Source of the DNA: Squalus acanthias
Taxonomy: Eukaryota
Length of the DNA stretch: 64,000 bases
Assembly: GCA_030390025.1 (NCBI GenBank)
Contig: CM059431.1
Span: 154,630,001-154,694,000, forward strand
Reading direction: 5' to 3'
Shown: piece after piece, positions 1-14,500 of the stretch
How the letters are laid out: each line of letters opens with the position of its first letter
Numbering within the stretch: the first letter of the stretch is position 1
The notes under the pieces: generated by a model
Seen by the model: the letters and a program-made list of their open reading frames with translations, nothing else
What the model was told of the DNA's origin: nothing
The model's database searches: none
Program-made: the position numbers and the translations under genes

Positions 1-399
1 TACGAACTTAACAGTATGACATTTCCTACGATCACGGCCGAGATTTTCCGCCCATTCTCCATCAAAACGGCCGTGCGCTTCGAATTGGATTGAGCCATTG
101 CCGGCGGCGCAGAATGAACAATTTCTACTGAACATATCCAATTGGTTTCTTCCATTCTACTTCTTGCTAAGCCCCACCCATACCTCGGCCCAAAACTCGG
201 ACGTCAACACACCTAGCCTCTCCCGAGGCCACATCCTCTCACCTCAGGAATGCCATAATGTCGCATTTCATAAAATAGCTGTAGTCTAATCTATGATGTT
301 TTTCTGCTCCCTTTCTCCAATAACTCCTCACTTATGTAGCACAACGTTGAAGAGACATATTACTGTGATTAAAGCTGGGAGGTTCAAGGTACAGATTGT

Positions 400-1600
400 C
401 TGAGGGTATGATATAATGATGTGATCGACGTGGCTTATTACAGATCATGATTGGGAGATGAATTGTGCTCTGTCACCTGAAGATCATGGTAATTAAGTTG
501 TATGCAAATAGGGAACATTCATTAATAACAGATTCAGTTGCAGAATTGGATCTTCAGGAATGATATAAGGAATGATTCAAAATAGAAATCTATATATTTG
601 CGGTGACACCAGAAAATGGAACTCTTTATCTACAAGGCTTCCGTTGTCTTACAGAAAATTGTGGAAAAGGGATAGCAGAAGAGTTATAGAGACAAATTGG
701 AGATAATGCAGCAATAGCAGTGGCAGTGATTGGTGACTGTAAATATCCAAAATACAAAAGTAACCTAAGTGAGGAAGGGAGGACGTGGTGTCTGAGGTTT
801 GTCTAGTACATTTTTCAGCTGTGTACAATTTTGGACGACAAGAAAGGATTCAGCCTTTCATCTATTTCTAGAAATGTGCAGGGGCTAGTCGGTGAGGTCC
901 GGGGTAGTGAAACATCGATCAATGATATCGTTAGTATTCATATGAATTATAAAATGTATCGTTACAATCAAAATAATAAATATGTTAAAGGATTAAATCT
1001 AATGTCAAGTAGGCTGACATATTAGCTCAGTTATATTGAGGAGGATATGATCAGATATCATCGTGGGTAGGCAATAGGAAGATAGCCAAAATATGTTTCC
1101 CACACAGGATACACAAATCACACGGGAATGAAAGCAGTGATGGGCAGACAAGAATTACTTGGGCTTGCAGATGTAATGAAATAAACAATAGATTTGAAAT
1201 TGAATGTAGGATAATTGAGCTAGTTATATAAAACAAATGAAAGGAGCCTGGGTAATATAGTGAACATTTAATAGATGAATGAGTGGCCGGTGACAGAGTT
1301 CGAGACAATGATCGCATTCTAAGTACACTTCGAGCAAAAAAGTTACACAAATGAAAGAGCAGTGTAGAGATGAAATGGGAATGGTTCATTTAGAGGGCGA
1401 AGGATTCACTGAAAAGCTATTGGTGCTGTTTCGATGAATTATCGTGATTTTGGAATGAATGAAAAACTCATTGAAGACAATGGAAAATAAAGTCAGCCAC
1501 AAGTAAAACTGGGCTGCCAATTTGCTTCAGCGCGTTTGACACAATTGGCCAACAACGGCCAACACCTTGTGACCCATTCTTTATGGTTGACAACTAGTGC
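400..1600 (+). mobile_element. Ancient CR1 ORF2 (endonuclease region) fossil in the long intron; present in every unit, coordinates approximate
   Basis: Residual translation such as IEEELYRQI..TVIGD(F/Y)KYP..KLVQD.. (ORF-track 37935, 52470) and aagggcaggattgggag (..GQDWE..), matching the CR1 motifs seen in the young copies. Confidence 0.65.
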
Positions 1601-2381
1601 AATCTGAGTTTCCAAAAAAGTAACTGTGAGCTTTCCACAATATTAAGGTCCTTAACTACCAATAATTATTCGTTTTGATCGTATCCTATACCTGTAACCG
1701 TAGCTTTGTGCTTTGATTTTGCACTTTCCTCTTTTCCATAGGTCAGTTGCTGGTTATAATGAGAGAAAGTCCAGTCGACCTGGGTGTCTCAAAGCTGATC
1801 TTTTCTATCTCTGTAACCTCTTCCAATCCTACAACCTGTCGAGATCCAGGCGCTGACCCAATTCTTACCTCTTGTGCATCCCCCATTTTCACCGCTCCAC
1901 CATTGATGGCCTTGGCTTACGCGGATTTGAACCTAAGCTCTGGAATTCACACCCGAAACCACTATGAATCTCTATCTCTCTCTTTTTTAAGACTCTCTTT
2001 AAATCTACTCTATGACCAAGCTTGGATCACCTGTCCTAATATCTTCCTCTGATGCTTGGTGTTACATTTTGTTTGATAACACTCCCTTTTCAACGCTTTG
2101 GGACGTTTTACTGCGCTAGTTCTTGTTGTTTCTTCTTAATTCTCATGGCAGGCACGCCTCCTGTCTGACTAATGGTGTATCTTCCTTTTATTCGCTTCTG
2201 GGATCTGGGCGACGCTGTCAAGGACAGCATTTATTGCTCATCCTTTATTTGTTTTCTGCATTAACTCCCGATTCTGAACGTTTCATGTCTCTCCGAAGGA
2301 AATGTTGAAATAGCAAAACGTTTCATATCCGAGTTTGTACATTACTTCTCTATATATGATTGCAATATCCATTCTTGTTAG

Positions 2382-2580
2382 GAAATCAGATCCCTAGCTG
2401 AATGTCACCGCAGAAACGATGCATGCCAACTCATTTTCGATACCGTGCTGGAAAAGGGGGCTCGGGGAGAAAGAACAATGTGGAACATATTGCATCAACT
2501 GCAGAACACCAAACCCAAGCTGAAAATGACATTGTCAGAGATAGAGAATAGATGTACAGAGGGAGAAAGTGATCTAGAAG
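2382..2580 (+). CDS. Exon B1 (C-terminal half of CARD-like repeat plus acidic linker)
   Basis: ttcttgttag|GAA...GAAG|gttagt, 199 nt: EIRSLAECHRRNDACQLIFDTVLEKGARGERTMWNILHQLQNTKPKLKMTLSEIENRCTEGESDLE+G. Confidence 0.85.
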
Positions 2581-5500
2581 GTTAGTAGTATCCAAATCTA
2601 ATTTTCCGTTAGTATAACAACGTTTTATATAAGATGAGCGCTATTTTTAACTCGTTTATGTGATGTGGGCGTCGCAGCCAATGCCAACATTTATTACCCA
2701 TCCCTAGTTGCCCTTGAGATGGTGGTGGTTAGCCGCTTTCCTGAAACGCTGCAGTATATGTGGTGAATGTTCTCCCACAATGCTTTTGGGGAGGCAGTGC
2801 CATGCGTTTGAGAAAGCGACAATGAAGGAACGGCGATATACTTCCAAGAGAGGATGGTGTGTTTCTTGGAGGGGAATTTGGAAGTAGTGGTGTTCCCAGG
2901 CGTTGATAATCTTGACCTACTAGTTGGTAGAAGTCGCGGGTTTCGGAGGTACTGGCGAAGAAGCCATGACGAGTTGCAGCAGTGCATCTTGTAGATGGTC
3001 CACTCTGCAGCCACTGTGTGGCAGTGGGGAAGGGACTGGATGCGACGAATTTTTACAGGCTTGTGTGAGTTTTATACTCGATTCCTTGAAAGACCTTTGG
3101 CACTGCCCGTTATAAATTTCAGCTTGAACAGAGCTACACTACTCCGAAGCAAATTCACCTTTTGTTCCACGGATCCGTGATGCAATCATTAACTGATCTA
3201 CTTTGTTTCCTTAAAACACAATTTGTGAAAGGCTCCTACTCATCCTCAAATCTCTCGCCTACCTTATCTGTAAAGTCGTCTTCACATCCCCTATTTTGCA
3301 CTCCAGTCCCTCCTCTCCCTTGCTGTGGTCTCCAGTGTACCAGTTCATCAGCTCCGAACTCCAGACATACAACTCATACACACCGACTGGAACTCAGTTC
3401 CTATGAGCTTCCATCTCTGTACTTCTTACTTATTAAAATAACGATCACATTTAGCTAGGCCTGCGTTGTTTCTCTTAACACCAGCAGAACCGTCAGCGTT
3501 AATTCAGAATACCACCTCTGTAAGGCACCACTGGCAATATTCACTGCTTGAAAGACACTCTGAAGAACTTCTGTCGCGATAGCATTTAGTTCAGAGTATT
3601 CACACTTTCATGACATTTATGTTAATCTGCTCTCGTTTACATCTTCACAGAAAATGCAGTTACTGAAATATTACCAACGTTGGCGAGCTACACGGATTTC
3701 CAGCTGCGCAGAGTTATCGTTTGCTATCGTCAGAGACTAGAACAGTCAATTGAAGAGGTAGTGGAGGCCGTTAGTCAGTCGCTTGTAGATGCAAACGTGC
3801 TTACTGAAACAAATCATAAGGTACGTTTCATCTATGTTAGAATCGTATAGCGTTAAATGAGTCAAACGATTGACTGTTTAGACAGAGAGTATTCTGTGCA
3901 AACCAACGATATAAGCAGTAAATAACGCTGTACTGGTTTAACTTCAGTAGACAATCTGAAATTAATGTCCTGTGCCAGTGATTAGAAATACTCTTCTGAG
4001 ATATCACTGTTAAATTTATTTTTCTTGAATTGTCAATGCATGCATTCTTAATAACAGAACAGGACCTCATGGACTAACCGTGATTTTTAATGACAGCCTA
4101 CTGTGCCCAATTGTCGTCAGCTGCTTCATGAATGACCTTCCTTCAAAAGGTCAGAGTTGGGGCTATTCGCTATTGCTTGCACAATGTTTAGTTCCGTTCG
4201 CAATTCCTCAGAAAATGAAAATGTCCATGCCCACACGCAGCATGACCCGGACAACATCCACGTTTGGGCCGATCAGTGACAGGTAACATTATGCTACGTA
4301 ATTTCAGTTACTGGCTACTTGCAACGAGAGAATGTGTAACCTATTACCATTGGGATTCAAACGCTTTACCATCGGCGTTCTACCACCATGAGTGTCTCGG
4401 TGATCACCAATAAAACCGGCTTTGAGAATGTACTGCCAAACATCTTTCAGTTAACGTTATAACAGTAGCCAAGACACTCGAAATGAGTAATTGAATAAGA
4501 CAAAACATGCAGCGCAAGCAACATACATCATCATTACAGTCCAATGGACAACCAGGTGCTAATTCAAAACAGTTATAATCACAAAATTCAAATCTCATGT
4601 GAATTAGTTAACTGAATCATACGAACTTAACAGTATGACATTTCCTACGATCACATGCGAGATGTTCCGCCCATTCTCCATCAAAACGGCCGTGCGCTTC
4701 GAATTGGATTGAGTCATTGCCGTTGGCGCGGACTGAAAAAATTCTGCTGGTCATATCCAATTGGTTTCTTCCATTCTACTTCTTGCTATGTCCCAACCCT
4801 ACCTCGGTCCAAAACTCAGGGAGGTCAACACACCTAGCATCTCCCGAGGCCACATCCTCTCACGTGAGGAATGATTAATGTCGCATTTCATAAAATAACC
4901 CTAGTCTAATCTATGATGTTTATCTGCTCCGTTTCTCCAATACCTCCTCAATCATGTAACACAAATGTAAACAGAAATAGTACTGTGAATAAAGCTGGGA
5001 ATTTCATGGTACAGTTTGTCTGAGGGGATGATATAATGATGTGATCGACGTGGCTTGTATAAGGGCAGGATTGGGAGATGAATTGTGCTCTGTTACCTGA
5101 AGATCATGGGAACTTAAGTTGTATTCGAATAGGGAGCATTCATCAATAACAGATTCAGTTGCAGAATTGGATCTTCAGGAATGATATAAGGAATGATTGA
5201 AAATAGAAATCTATAAGTTTGTCATAACACCATCATAACATAACTCTTTGTCTATAAGGCGTTCGTTGTCTTACACAACATAATGGAAACGTGATAGAAG
5301 AAGTGTTATATCGACAAATTGGAGATAATGCAGCAATAATAGTAACAGCGATTGGTGACAGTAAATATCCAAAATACAGAAGTAACCCAAGTGGGGAAGG
5401 GAGGCCGTGATGTCTGAAGCTTGTCCAGGACATTATTCAGCTGGTTAAAATTTTGGACGACAAGAAAGGATTGAGCATTTCATCTATTTCTCGAAATGGG

Positions 5501-8500
5501 CAGGGCTAGTCGGTGAGGTAAAGGTAGTGAAACACTACCAATGATATCGTTTGTATTCATATGAATTTTAAAATGTTTCCTTACAATCAAAACAATAAAT
5601 ATGTTAAAGGATTAAATCTAATGTCAACTAGGCTGACATGTAAGCTCAGTTATATTGAGGCCGATATGATCAAATAATATCGTGGGTAGGCAATCGGAAG
5701 ATACACAATATAGGTTTCCCATACAAGATACACAAATCACACGGGAATGAAAGCAGTGCAGGGCAGACAAGAATTACTTGGGCTTGCAGATATAATGATA
5801 TAAACAATAGATTTAAAATTGAATGTAGGAGTATTGGGCTAGTTATTTTAAACAAATGAAGGAAGCCTGGGTAATACAGTGAACATTTAATCGATGAATG
5901 AGTGGCCGGCGACAGAGTTCGAGACAATGATCATATTCCATATACACTTCAAGGAGAAATGGTACACAAAGTAAAGAGCTATGTCGAGATGAAATGGGAA
6001 TGGTTCATATAGGGGACGAAGGATTCACTGAAAAGCTGTTGGTACTGTTTCAGTTAATTAACGTGATACTTGGAATGAATGAAAAACTCATTGAAGTCAA
6101 TGGAAAAGAAAGTCAGACGCGAGTAAAAAGGGGCTGCCAATTCCCTTCTGCGCGTTTGACCCAATTGGCCAACAATGGCCAACACCTTGTGACCAATGTT
6201 TATGTTTGTCAACTTGTGCAATCTGAGTTTCTAAAAAACTAACAGAGAGCTTTCATAAATATTAAGTTGCTTAACTGCCAATAATTATTGGTTTTGATTA
6301 TATCCTACACCTGTATCCGTAGGTTTGTGCTTTGATTTTGCACTTTACCCTTTTCCATCAATCACTTCCTGGTTATAATGAGAGAACGATCAGTTGCCGT
6401 GGGTGTCTCAAAGCTGCTCCTTTCTATCACTGTAACCACTTCCAATACTACAACCTGGCGAGATCCAGGCGCTGGTCCAGTTCTGGCCACTTGTGCATCG
6501 CCATTTCCATCGCTCCACCATTGACGGCCTTGCCTTAAGCGGTTTAGACCCTAAGCTCTGGAATCCGCCCCCAGCGCCCCGCCCCCCCCGCCAAACCACT
6601 ATGAATCTCTATCTCTCTCTTCTCTAAGACTCTCTTTAAAGCTACTCTGTGACAAAGCTTTGGTCACCTGTCCTAATATCTTCATCTGATGCTTGGTGTT
6701 ACATTTTGCTTGATAACACTCCCTTTGCAACGCTTTGGGACATTTTACTTCGTTATATCTTGCTGTTTCTACATAATTCTCATTGCAGGCACGCCTCCTG
6801 TCTGACTAATGGCGTGTATTCCTTTTATTCGCTTATGGGATCTGGGCGTCGCTGGCAAGGACAGCATTTATTGCTCATCCCTTAATTGTTTTCTGCATTA
6901 ACTCCCGATTCTGAGCGTTTCATCTCTCTCCTAAGGAAAGCTCGATATAAAAAGGACGTTTCTTATCCGAGTTTGTACATTACTTATCTATATATGATTG
7001 CAATATACATTCTTGTTAGGAAATCAGATCCCTAGCTGAATGTCACCGCAGAAGCGATGCAACCCAACTAATTTTCGATACCGTGCTGGAAAAGGGAGCT
7101 CGGGGAGAAAGAACAATGTGGAACATATTGCTTCAACTGCAGAACACCAAATCCAAGCTGAAAATTTCGTTGTCAGAGATACAGAATGGAAGTACAGAGG
7201 GAGAAAGTGATCTAGGAGGTTGGTGGTATCCAAATCTAAATTTCCTTTAGAATGACAAAGTTTTATTTGAGGTGAGAATTTTATTTTATTCTTTTAAGTG
7301 ATGTCGGCGTCACTGGCAAGGCCAGCATTTATTGCCCATCCCTAGTTGCACTTGCGAAGGTGGTGGGTATCCGCTCCTGCTCATCCTAAAAGCCCTCCCC
7401 CACTTTATCTCTAAAATCGGCTTCACAACGCCTCTTTTACACTCCTGTCCGTCCTCTCCCCTTGCTGTGCTTTGCAGTCAACCAGTTCATCTGCTCCGGA
7501 CTCCAGACATAGAACTCATCCACACGGAGTTGAACACAGTTCCTATGAGCTTCCATCTCTGTATGTCTTACATATTTTAAGCACCGACCACATGTTGCAA
7601 AGCCTGGTTCGTTCTCTTAACTCCAGCAAAACAGTCAGCCTTAATTCTGAATTCCACCTCTGTAAGGCTCCACTGGCAGTGTCACCGCTAAAGAACTGCC
7701 GTCGCGATAGCAGTTAGTTCAGAGTATTCACTGTTTCATAGCGGAAATTTATGTTCATCTCTTCTCATTTATACCTGCAAAGAAAATGCAGTTACTGAAA
7801 TATCACTAACGTTGGCGAGCTACACGGATTTCCAGCTGCGCAGAGTTATTGTTTGCTACCGTCAGAGACTAGAACATTTAATTGAAGAATTCGTGGAGGC
7901 CGTTAGTCAGTCGCTTGTAGTTGCAAACGTACTTGCTGAAAAAGATCATAAGGTATGTTTCATATATGTTCGAATCGGATGATGTTAAATGAGTCAAACG
8001 ATTGACTGTTTCGACAGACTGTGTTCTGTGCAACTCAACTATATTAGCGGTACTTTACGCTGCACTTTATTGACTGAAATTGTTGTCCAGTGCCAGTGTA
8101 GTCAACATTTGAAGTACTCTTCTGAGATATCTCTCTGTTAAATTAATTTTTCATGAATTTTCAATGAATGTATTCATAATAAGAGAAGTTTCTAATGAAC
8201 TAACTGTGATTTTTTAACGCAGCCTGCTTGGCCCAATTATCGCCAGCTTCAATAATCTTCCTTCAAAAGCTCAGAGTTGGGGCTGTTCGCTGATGATTGC
8301 ACGGTGTTTAGTTCCATTCGCAAATCCTCAGAAAATGAAGCATTCCATGCGCACACGCAGCATGACCTAGATAACATCCATGTTTAGTCCGATAAGGGGC
8401 AGGTAACATTTATGCCACGGAGTACCAGGTACTGGCTACCTACAGCTGGAGAAAGTCTAACAAATTGCCATTGACATTCAATAGCTTTACCATCGGATTT

Positions 8501-11500
8501 CTACCACCATGAATGTCCTTGTGATCAGCAGTAAAACCAGCTCTGAGATTTCACTGCCAAACTTCTTGCAGTTAACGTAATTCCAGTAGCCAAGCACCTC
8601 GAAATGAATAATTGAATAAGACACAATGTGCAGCCTAAGCATCATGCATCCTCATTACAGCCCCAATGGACAACCTGGAGATAGATCAAAACTGTAATAA
8701 CCACATACTTCAAATCGCATGTGAATAAGTTAACTGACACATATGAACTTAACCGTATGAATTTCGCTACGATCACGGCCAAGATTTTCCACCCATTCTC
8801 CATCAAAACGAACGAGAATTTCCAATTGGATTGAGCCATTGCCGGTGGTGCGGATTTAAACAATTTCTGCTGAACATATCCATTCGTTTCTTCTATTCTA
8901 CTTCTGCTAATTCCCGCCCCTACTTTGGTCCAATGCTCAGGCACATGAAAAAAAACCGGCCTCTCCCGAGGCCACATCCTCTCCCCTCATGAATGCCATA
9001 ATATCCCAATCCTTAAAAAAAACCTAGTCTAATCTATGATGTTTATCTGCTCCCTTGCTCCAATAACTCCTCACTTATGTAACACAAATGTAATGAAACA
9101 TAATACTGTGAATAAAGCGTGTGAGTTCAATGAACAGTTTGTCTGAGGGTATGAAATAATGATTTGATCAACGTGGCTTATATAAGGGCAGGATTGGCAA
9201 ATGAAGTGCCCTGTTACCAGAAGATCATGGTAACTTAAGTTGTATGCAAATAGGGAGCAGTCATTAACAACAGATTCATTTGCCGCATTGGAGCTTCAGG
9301 ACTGATATAAGGAATGATTCAAAATAGAAATCTATAAGTTTGGGGTAACACAATAATAATGGAACACTTTTTCTATAAGGCGCTCGTTGTCTTACACCAA
9401 ATAGTGGAAAAGGGATAGAAGAAGAGTTATATAGACAAATTGGAGAAAATGCAGCAATAACATTAACGTTGATTTGTGACTTTAAATATCCCAAGAACAG
9501 AAGTAACATAAGTGGGGAAGGGAGGCCAGGCTTCTGAAGCTTTATCAGGACATTATTCAGATAGGTTCAATTTTAGGACAACAATAAATAATTGAGCATT
9601 TGATCCATTTCTAAAAATTAACAGCGGATACTCAGTGAGGTAAGTCTAGTGAAACATTCACCAATTCTATCGGTAGTATTCATGTGAATTAGAAAATGTC
9701 TCGTTAAAATCAAAAAAATAAATATGTTAAAGGAAAATATCTAATTTCAACGCGGCTAACATAGTAGCTCAGTTATATTGAGGCAGATATGATCAGATAA
9801 TATCGTGGTGAGGCAATAGAAAGATAGCCAATAGAAATTTACCATAAAAGATACACAAATCACACTTGACTGAAAGGAGTGCAGCAAAAACTAGAATTAC
9901 TTCGGCGTGCATAGAAAATGAAATAAAGAACAGATTTTACAATTGAATGTAGGAGTGCAGGGCTAGTTATATAAAACAAATGAAGGACCGCTTGATAATA
10001 TAGTGAATATATAATAGATGTTTGAGTTGCCGGTGACAGAGTTCAGACAATGATCACATTCCGTATAAACTTCAAAGAAAATAGTTACACAAACAACAGA
10101 GCTGCTTAGAGATGAAAAGGGAATGGTTCATATATATGACGAAGGATTCACTGAAAAGCTATTGGTACTGTTTCGATGAATGAAGGTGATACTTGGAATG
10201 AGTGAAAAACTCATTGAAGTCAAATGAAAAGAAAGTCAGAAGCGAGTAAAAAGTGCCGCCGATTCGCTTCAGAGCGTTTGACCCAGTTGTCCAACACTGG
10301 ACAACATATTGTGACGCATTATTTATGATTGTCAACTTGTGCAAACTGAGTTTCTAAAAATCAAGCTGTGAGCTTTCAAAACGATTATTGTCCTTAACAA
10401 CGAATAATTATTGATTTTGACCGTATCCCATAGCGGTAATCTTAAGTTTGTGTTTTGATTTGGCTCTTTACCCTTTTCAGTCAATCAGTTGCTGCTTAAA
10501 ATGAGAGAAAGTACAGTCGCCGTAGGTGTCTTAAAGCTGCTCCTTTCTATCTCTGTAACCTCTTCCAATCCTACAACCTGTCGAGAGCAAGGCGCTGGTC
10601 CTGTTCTGGCCTCTTGTGCATCTCCCATTTTCATCGATGCAACATTAATGGCCATGCCTTCAGCGGTTTAGATCCTAAGCTCTGGAATTCCCTCCCGAAA
10701 CTACTGTGAATCTCTAACTCGCTCTTTTCTAAGACTCTCGTTAAATCTACTCTATGACCAAGCTTTGGTCACCTGTCCTAATATCTTCCTCTGATCGTTA
10801 GTGTTACATTTTGTTTGATAACACTCCCTTTGCAAGGCTTTGGGACGTTTTACTACACTAGTTCTTTTTGTTTCTACTTAATTATCATTACAGGCACGCC
10901 TCCTGTCTGACTGATGACGTATCTTCCTTTCATTCGCTTATGGGATCTGGGCGTCGCTGGAAAGGCCAGCATTTATTGCTCATCCCATAATTGTTTTCTG
11001 CATTAACTCCCGATTCTGAGCGTTTCATCTCTCTCCTAAGGAAAGCTATAATTGAAAAGACATTTCCTATCAAAGATTGTACAATTCTTCTCTATATTTG
11101 ATTGCAATATACATTCTTGTTAGGAAATCAGATCCCTAGCTGAATGTCATCGCAGAAGCGATGCATCCCAACTCATTTTCGATACAGTGCTGGAAAAGGG
11201 AGCTCGGGGAGAAAGAACAATGTGGAACATATTGCTTCAACTGCAGAACACCAAACCCAAGCTAAACATGACATTGTCTGAGATACAGAATAGATGTACA
11301 GAGGGAGAAAGTGATCGAAAAGGTTAGTGGTGTCCAAATCTAATTTTCCGTTAGAATAACAAAGTTTTATTTAAGATGAGCACTATGTTTTACTCGCTTA
11401 TATGATGTGGTCTTCGCTGCCAAGGCCAGCATTTATTATCCATCCCTGGTTGCCCTTGAGAAGGTGGTGGTTCGCCGCTTTCCTGAAATGCTGCAGTCCA

Positions 11501-14500
11501 TGTGGTGAAGGTTCTCCCACAATGCTGTTGGGGAGGCAGTGCCATGAGTTTGACAAAGCGAAAATGAAGGAACGGCGATATACTTCCAAGAGTGGATGGT
11601 GTGTGTCTTGGAGGGGAACCTGGAAGTGTTGGTGTTCCCAGGCGCCTGATACTCTTGACCTTCTAGTTGCTAGAGGTCGCGGGTTTCGGAGGTACTGGCG
11701 AAGAATCCTTGACGAGTTGCCACAGTGCATCTCGTAGATGGTCCACTCTGCAGCCACTGTGTGGCAGTGGGAAAAAGACTGGATGCTACTAATTTATACA
11801 GGCTTGTGTGAGTTTTATACTCGATTCCTTGAACGAACTTATACATTTCAGTTTGCACAGAGCTCCACTACTCCTGTGCAATTTCACGTTTCTTTCCACG
11901 GATCCTTGATGCCCTCAATAACTGACCAACTTTGATTCCTTAAACCATATTGATCATTTGTTAAAGGCTCCTACTCATCCTCAAATCTCTCGCCTACCTT
12001 ATCTCTAAATCGTCTTAACATCCCCTCTTTTGCACTCCAGTCCCTCCGCTACCTTGCTGTGGTCTCCAGTGTACAAGTTCATCAGCTCCGAACTCCAGTC
12101 ATAGAACTCATCCACACGATCTGGAACTCAGCTCCTATGATCTTCAATCTCTGTACTTCTTGCTTATTTAAACAACGACCGCACTTAGCAAGGCCTGGGT
12201 TGTTTCTCTTAACTCCAGCAGAACTGTCAGCGGTAATTCTGAATACCAGCACTGTAAGGCATCACTGGCAGTGTTCACTGCTTGAAAGACACTCTTAAAG
12301 AACTTCTGTCGTGATAGCCGTTACTTCTGAGTATTTACTGTCCCATAGCATTTATGTTAATCTGTTCTCATTTACACCTTCACAGAAAATGAAGACACTG
12401 AAATATTACCAACTTTGGCGAGCTACACGGATTTCCAGCTGCGCAGAGTTATCGTTTGCTACCGTCAGAGACTAGAACAGTCAATTGAAGAGATAGTGGA
12501 GGCCGTCAGTCAGTCGCTTGTAGATGCAAATGTGCTTGCTAAAACAAATCATAAGGTATGTCTCATCTATGTTAGAATCGTATAGTTTTAAATGACTCAA
12601 ACGATTGACTGTTTATAGTCATAAAGTCATAGAGTCATAGAGTTGTACAACATAGAAAGAGGACCTTCGGCCCATCGCGTCCGGCGCCGGCCATCAAGCC
12701 CTGTCTATTCTAACCCCATTTTCCAGCACTTGTTCCGTTGCCTTGTATGATATGCCGTGTCAAGTGCTCATCCAAATGCTTCTTGAATGTTCTCTGGGTT
12801 CCTGCCTCTACCACCCTTTCACGCAGTGAGTTCCAGATTCCAATCACCCTCTGGGTGAAAATGTTTTTCCTGAAATCCCCTCTAAACCTTCTGCCCCTTA
12901 CCTTGAAGCTATGCCCCCTTCTTATTGACACCTCTACTAATGGGAAAAGGTCATTTCTATGTACCCTATCTATGCCACTCATAATTTTCTACACCTCAAT
13001 GAAGTCCCCCATCAGCCTTCTCTGCTCTAAGGATAACAACCCCAGCCAGTCCAGTCTCTCTTCATAGCTGTAGCGCTGCTACCCAGGTAACATCCTGGTG
13101 AATCTCCTCTGCACCCTCTCTAATGCAATCACATTCTTCCTATAATTTGGCGACCAGAACTTCACACAGTATTCCAGCTGTGGCCAAACTTGCGTTTTGC
13201 ACAGTTCCATCATAAACTCTCTGCTCTTATAATCTATGCCTCGTCTAATGAATGCAAGTATCCCATATTTCTTCTTAACCACCTTATATACCTGTCCTGC
13301 TGCATTCAGGGATCTATGTACATGCACACGAAGTTCCATCTGATCCTCTGTCCTTCCTAAGATCCTACCATACATAGTGTATTCCCTTGCCTTGTTAGTC
13401 CTCCCAAAATGCTTCACCTCAAACTTTTCAGGGTTAAACATAATTGGCCACTGTTCTGCCCATCTGACCAACACGTCTATATCGTCCTGTAGCCTAAGGC
13501 TTCCCTCCTCGCTATTTACCACCCCACCAATTTTCGTGTCATCTGCGAACTTACTGATCATACCTCCTACATTCATATCTAAATCATTAATGTACACTAC
13601 AAACAGCAAAAAGTCCCAGCACCGATCCCTGCGGTACACCATCGGACACAGGCTTCCAGTCATAAAAACAACATTCGACCATCACCCTCTGCATCCTGCT
13701 ACTAAGCCAATTGTGGATCCAATGTGCAAAGTTGCCCTGGATTCCATGGGCTCTTACCTTCTTGATCAGTCTCCCATGCGGGACTCTGTCAAAAGCCTTA
13801 CTGAAGTTCATGTAGCCACATCAACTGCACTACCCTCTTCCACACATCAAGTCACCCCCTCGAAAAATTCAATGAAATTGGTCAGACATGATCTCCCCCT
13901 GACAAAGCCATGCTGACTATCCTTGCCTCTCCATGTCGAGACTAATTCTGTTCCTCAGAATTGTTTCCAATAATTTCCCTGCCACTAATGTTAGGCTCAC
14001 TGGCCTATAATTCCCTGGTTTATCCCTACTACACATCTTGAATAACGGTACTACGTTAGCTGTTCTCCATTCCTTTGGCACCTCCACTGTGGCCAGAGAG
14101 GTTCTGAAAATTTGTGTTATAGCCCCTGCAATCTCCTCCCTTGCCTCACACATGAGCCTGGGATACATCTCGTCTGGCCCTGGGGATTTATCCACTTTTA
14201 AGCCAACTAAAACCGCTAGTAACTCCTCCCTCTTAATAGTAATTTGTTCAAGTATATCAAAATCCCCCTGTCTGATTTATATGCCTGCATCGTCCTTCTC
14301 CATAGTGAACACAGATGCAAGACATTCATTTAAAACCCCACCGACATCTTCTGGCTCAACACACAGATTGCCACTTTGGTCCCCAATGGGCCCTACTCTT
14401 TCCCTGGTTATCCTCTTGCACTTAATATACATATAAAACACCTTAGGATTTTCCTTTATTTTGCCCACCAGTGTTATTTTTTGCCCCCTCTTCGCTCTCC

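Noticed and set aside
2553..2559. Alternative earlier donor AGAT|gtacag inside exon B (same phase, 27 nt shorter)
   Set aside because: Weak consensus, and the GT is lost in B4 and B9, whereas the downstream AG|gtt(a/g)gt donor is kept in all 11 copies. Minor use cannot be excluded.
6565..6592. C-rich micro-expansion (ccgcccccagcgccccgccccccccgcc), possible G-quadruplex on the minus strand
   Set aside because: Present in one unit only; most simply a slippage event with no evidence of function.
98..12298. Numerous 60-130 aa ORFs recurring in each unit (e.g. MAAEWTIY.., MRESPVDLG.., MIICERLL..)
   Set aside because: Their starts, stops and frames vary between units. They are chance frames or LINE fossils in introns.
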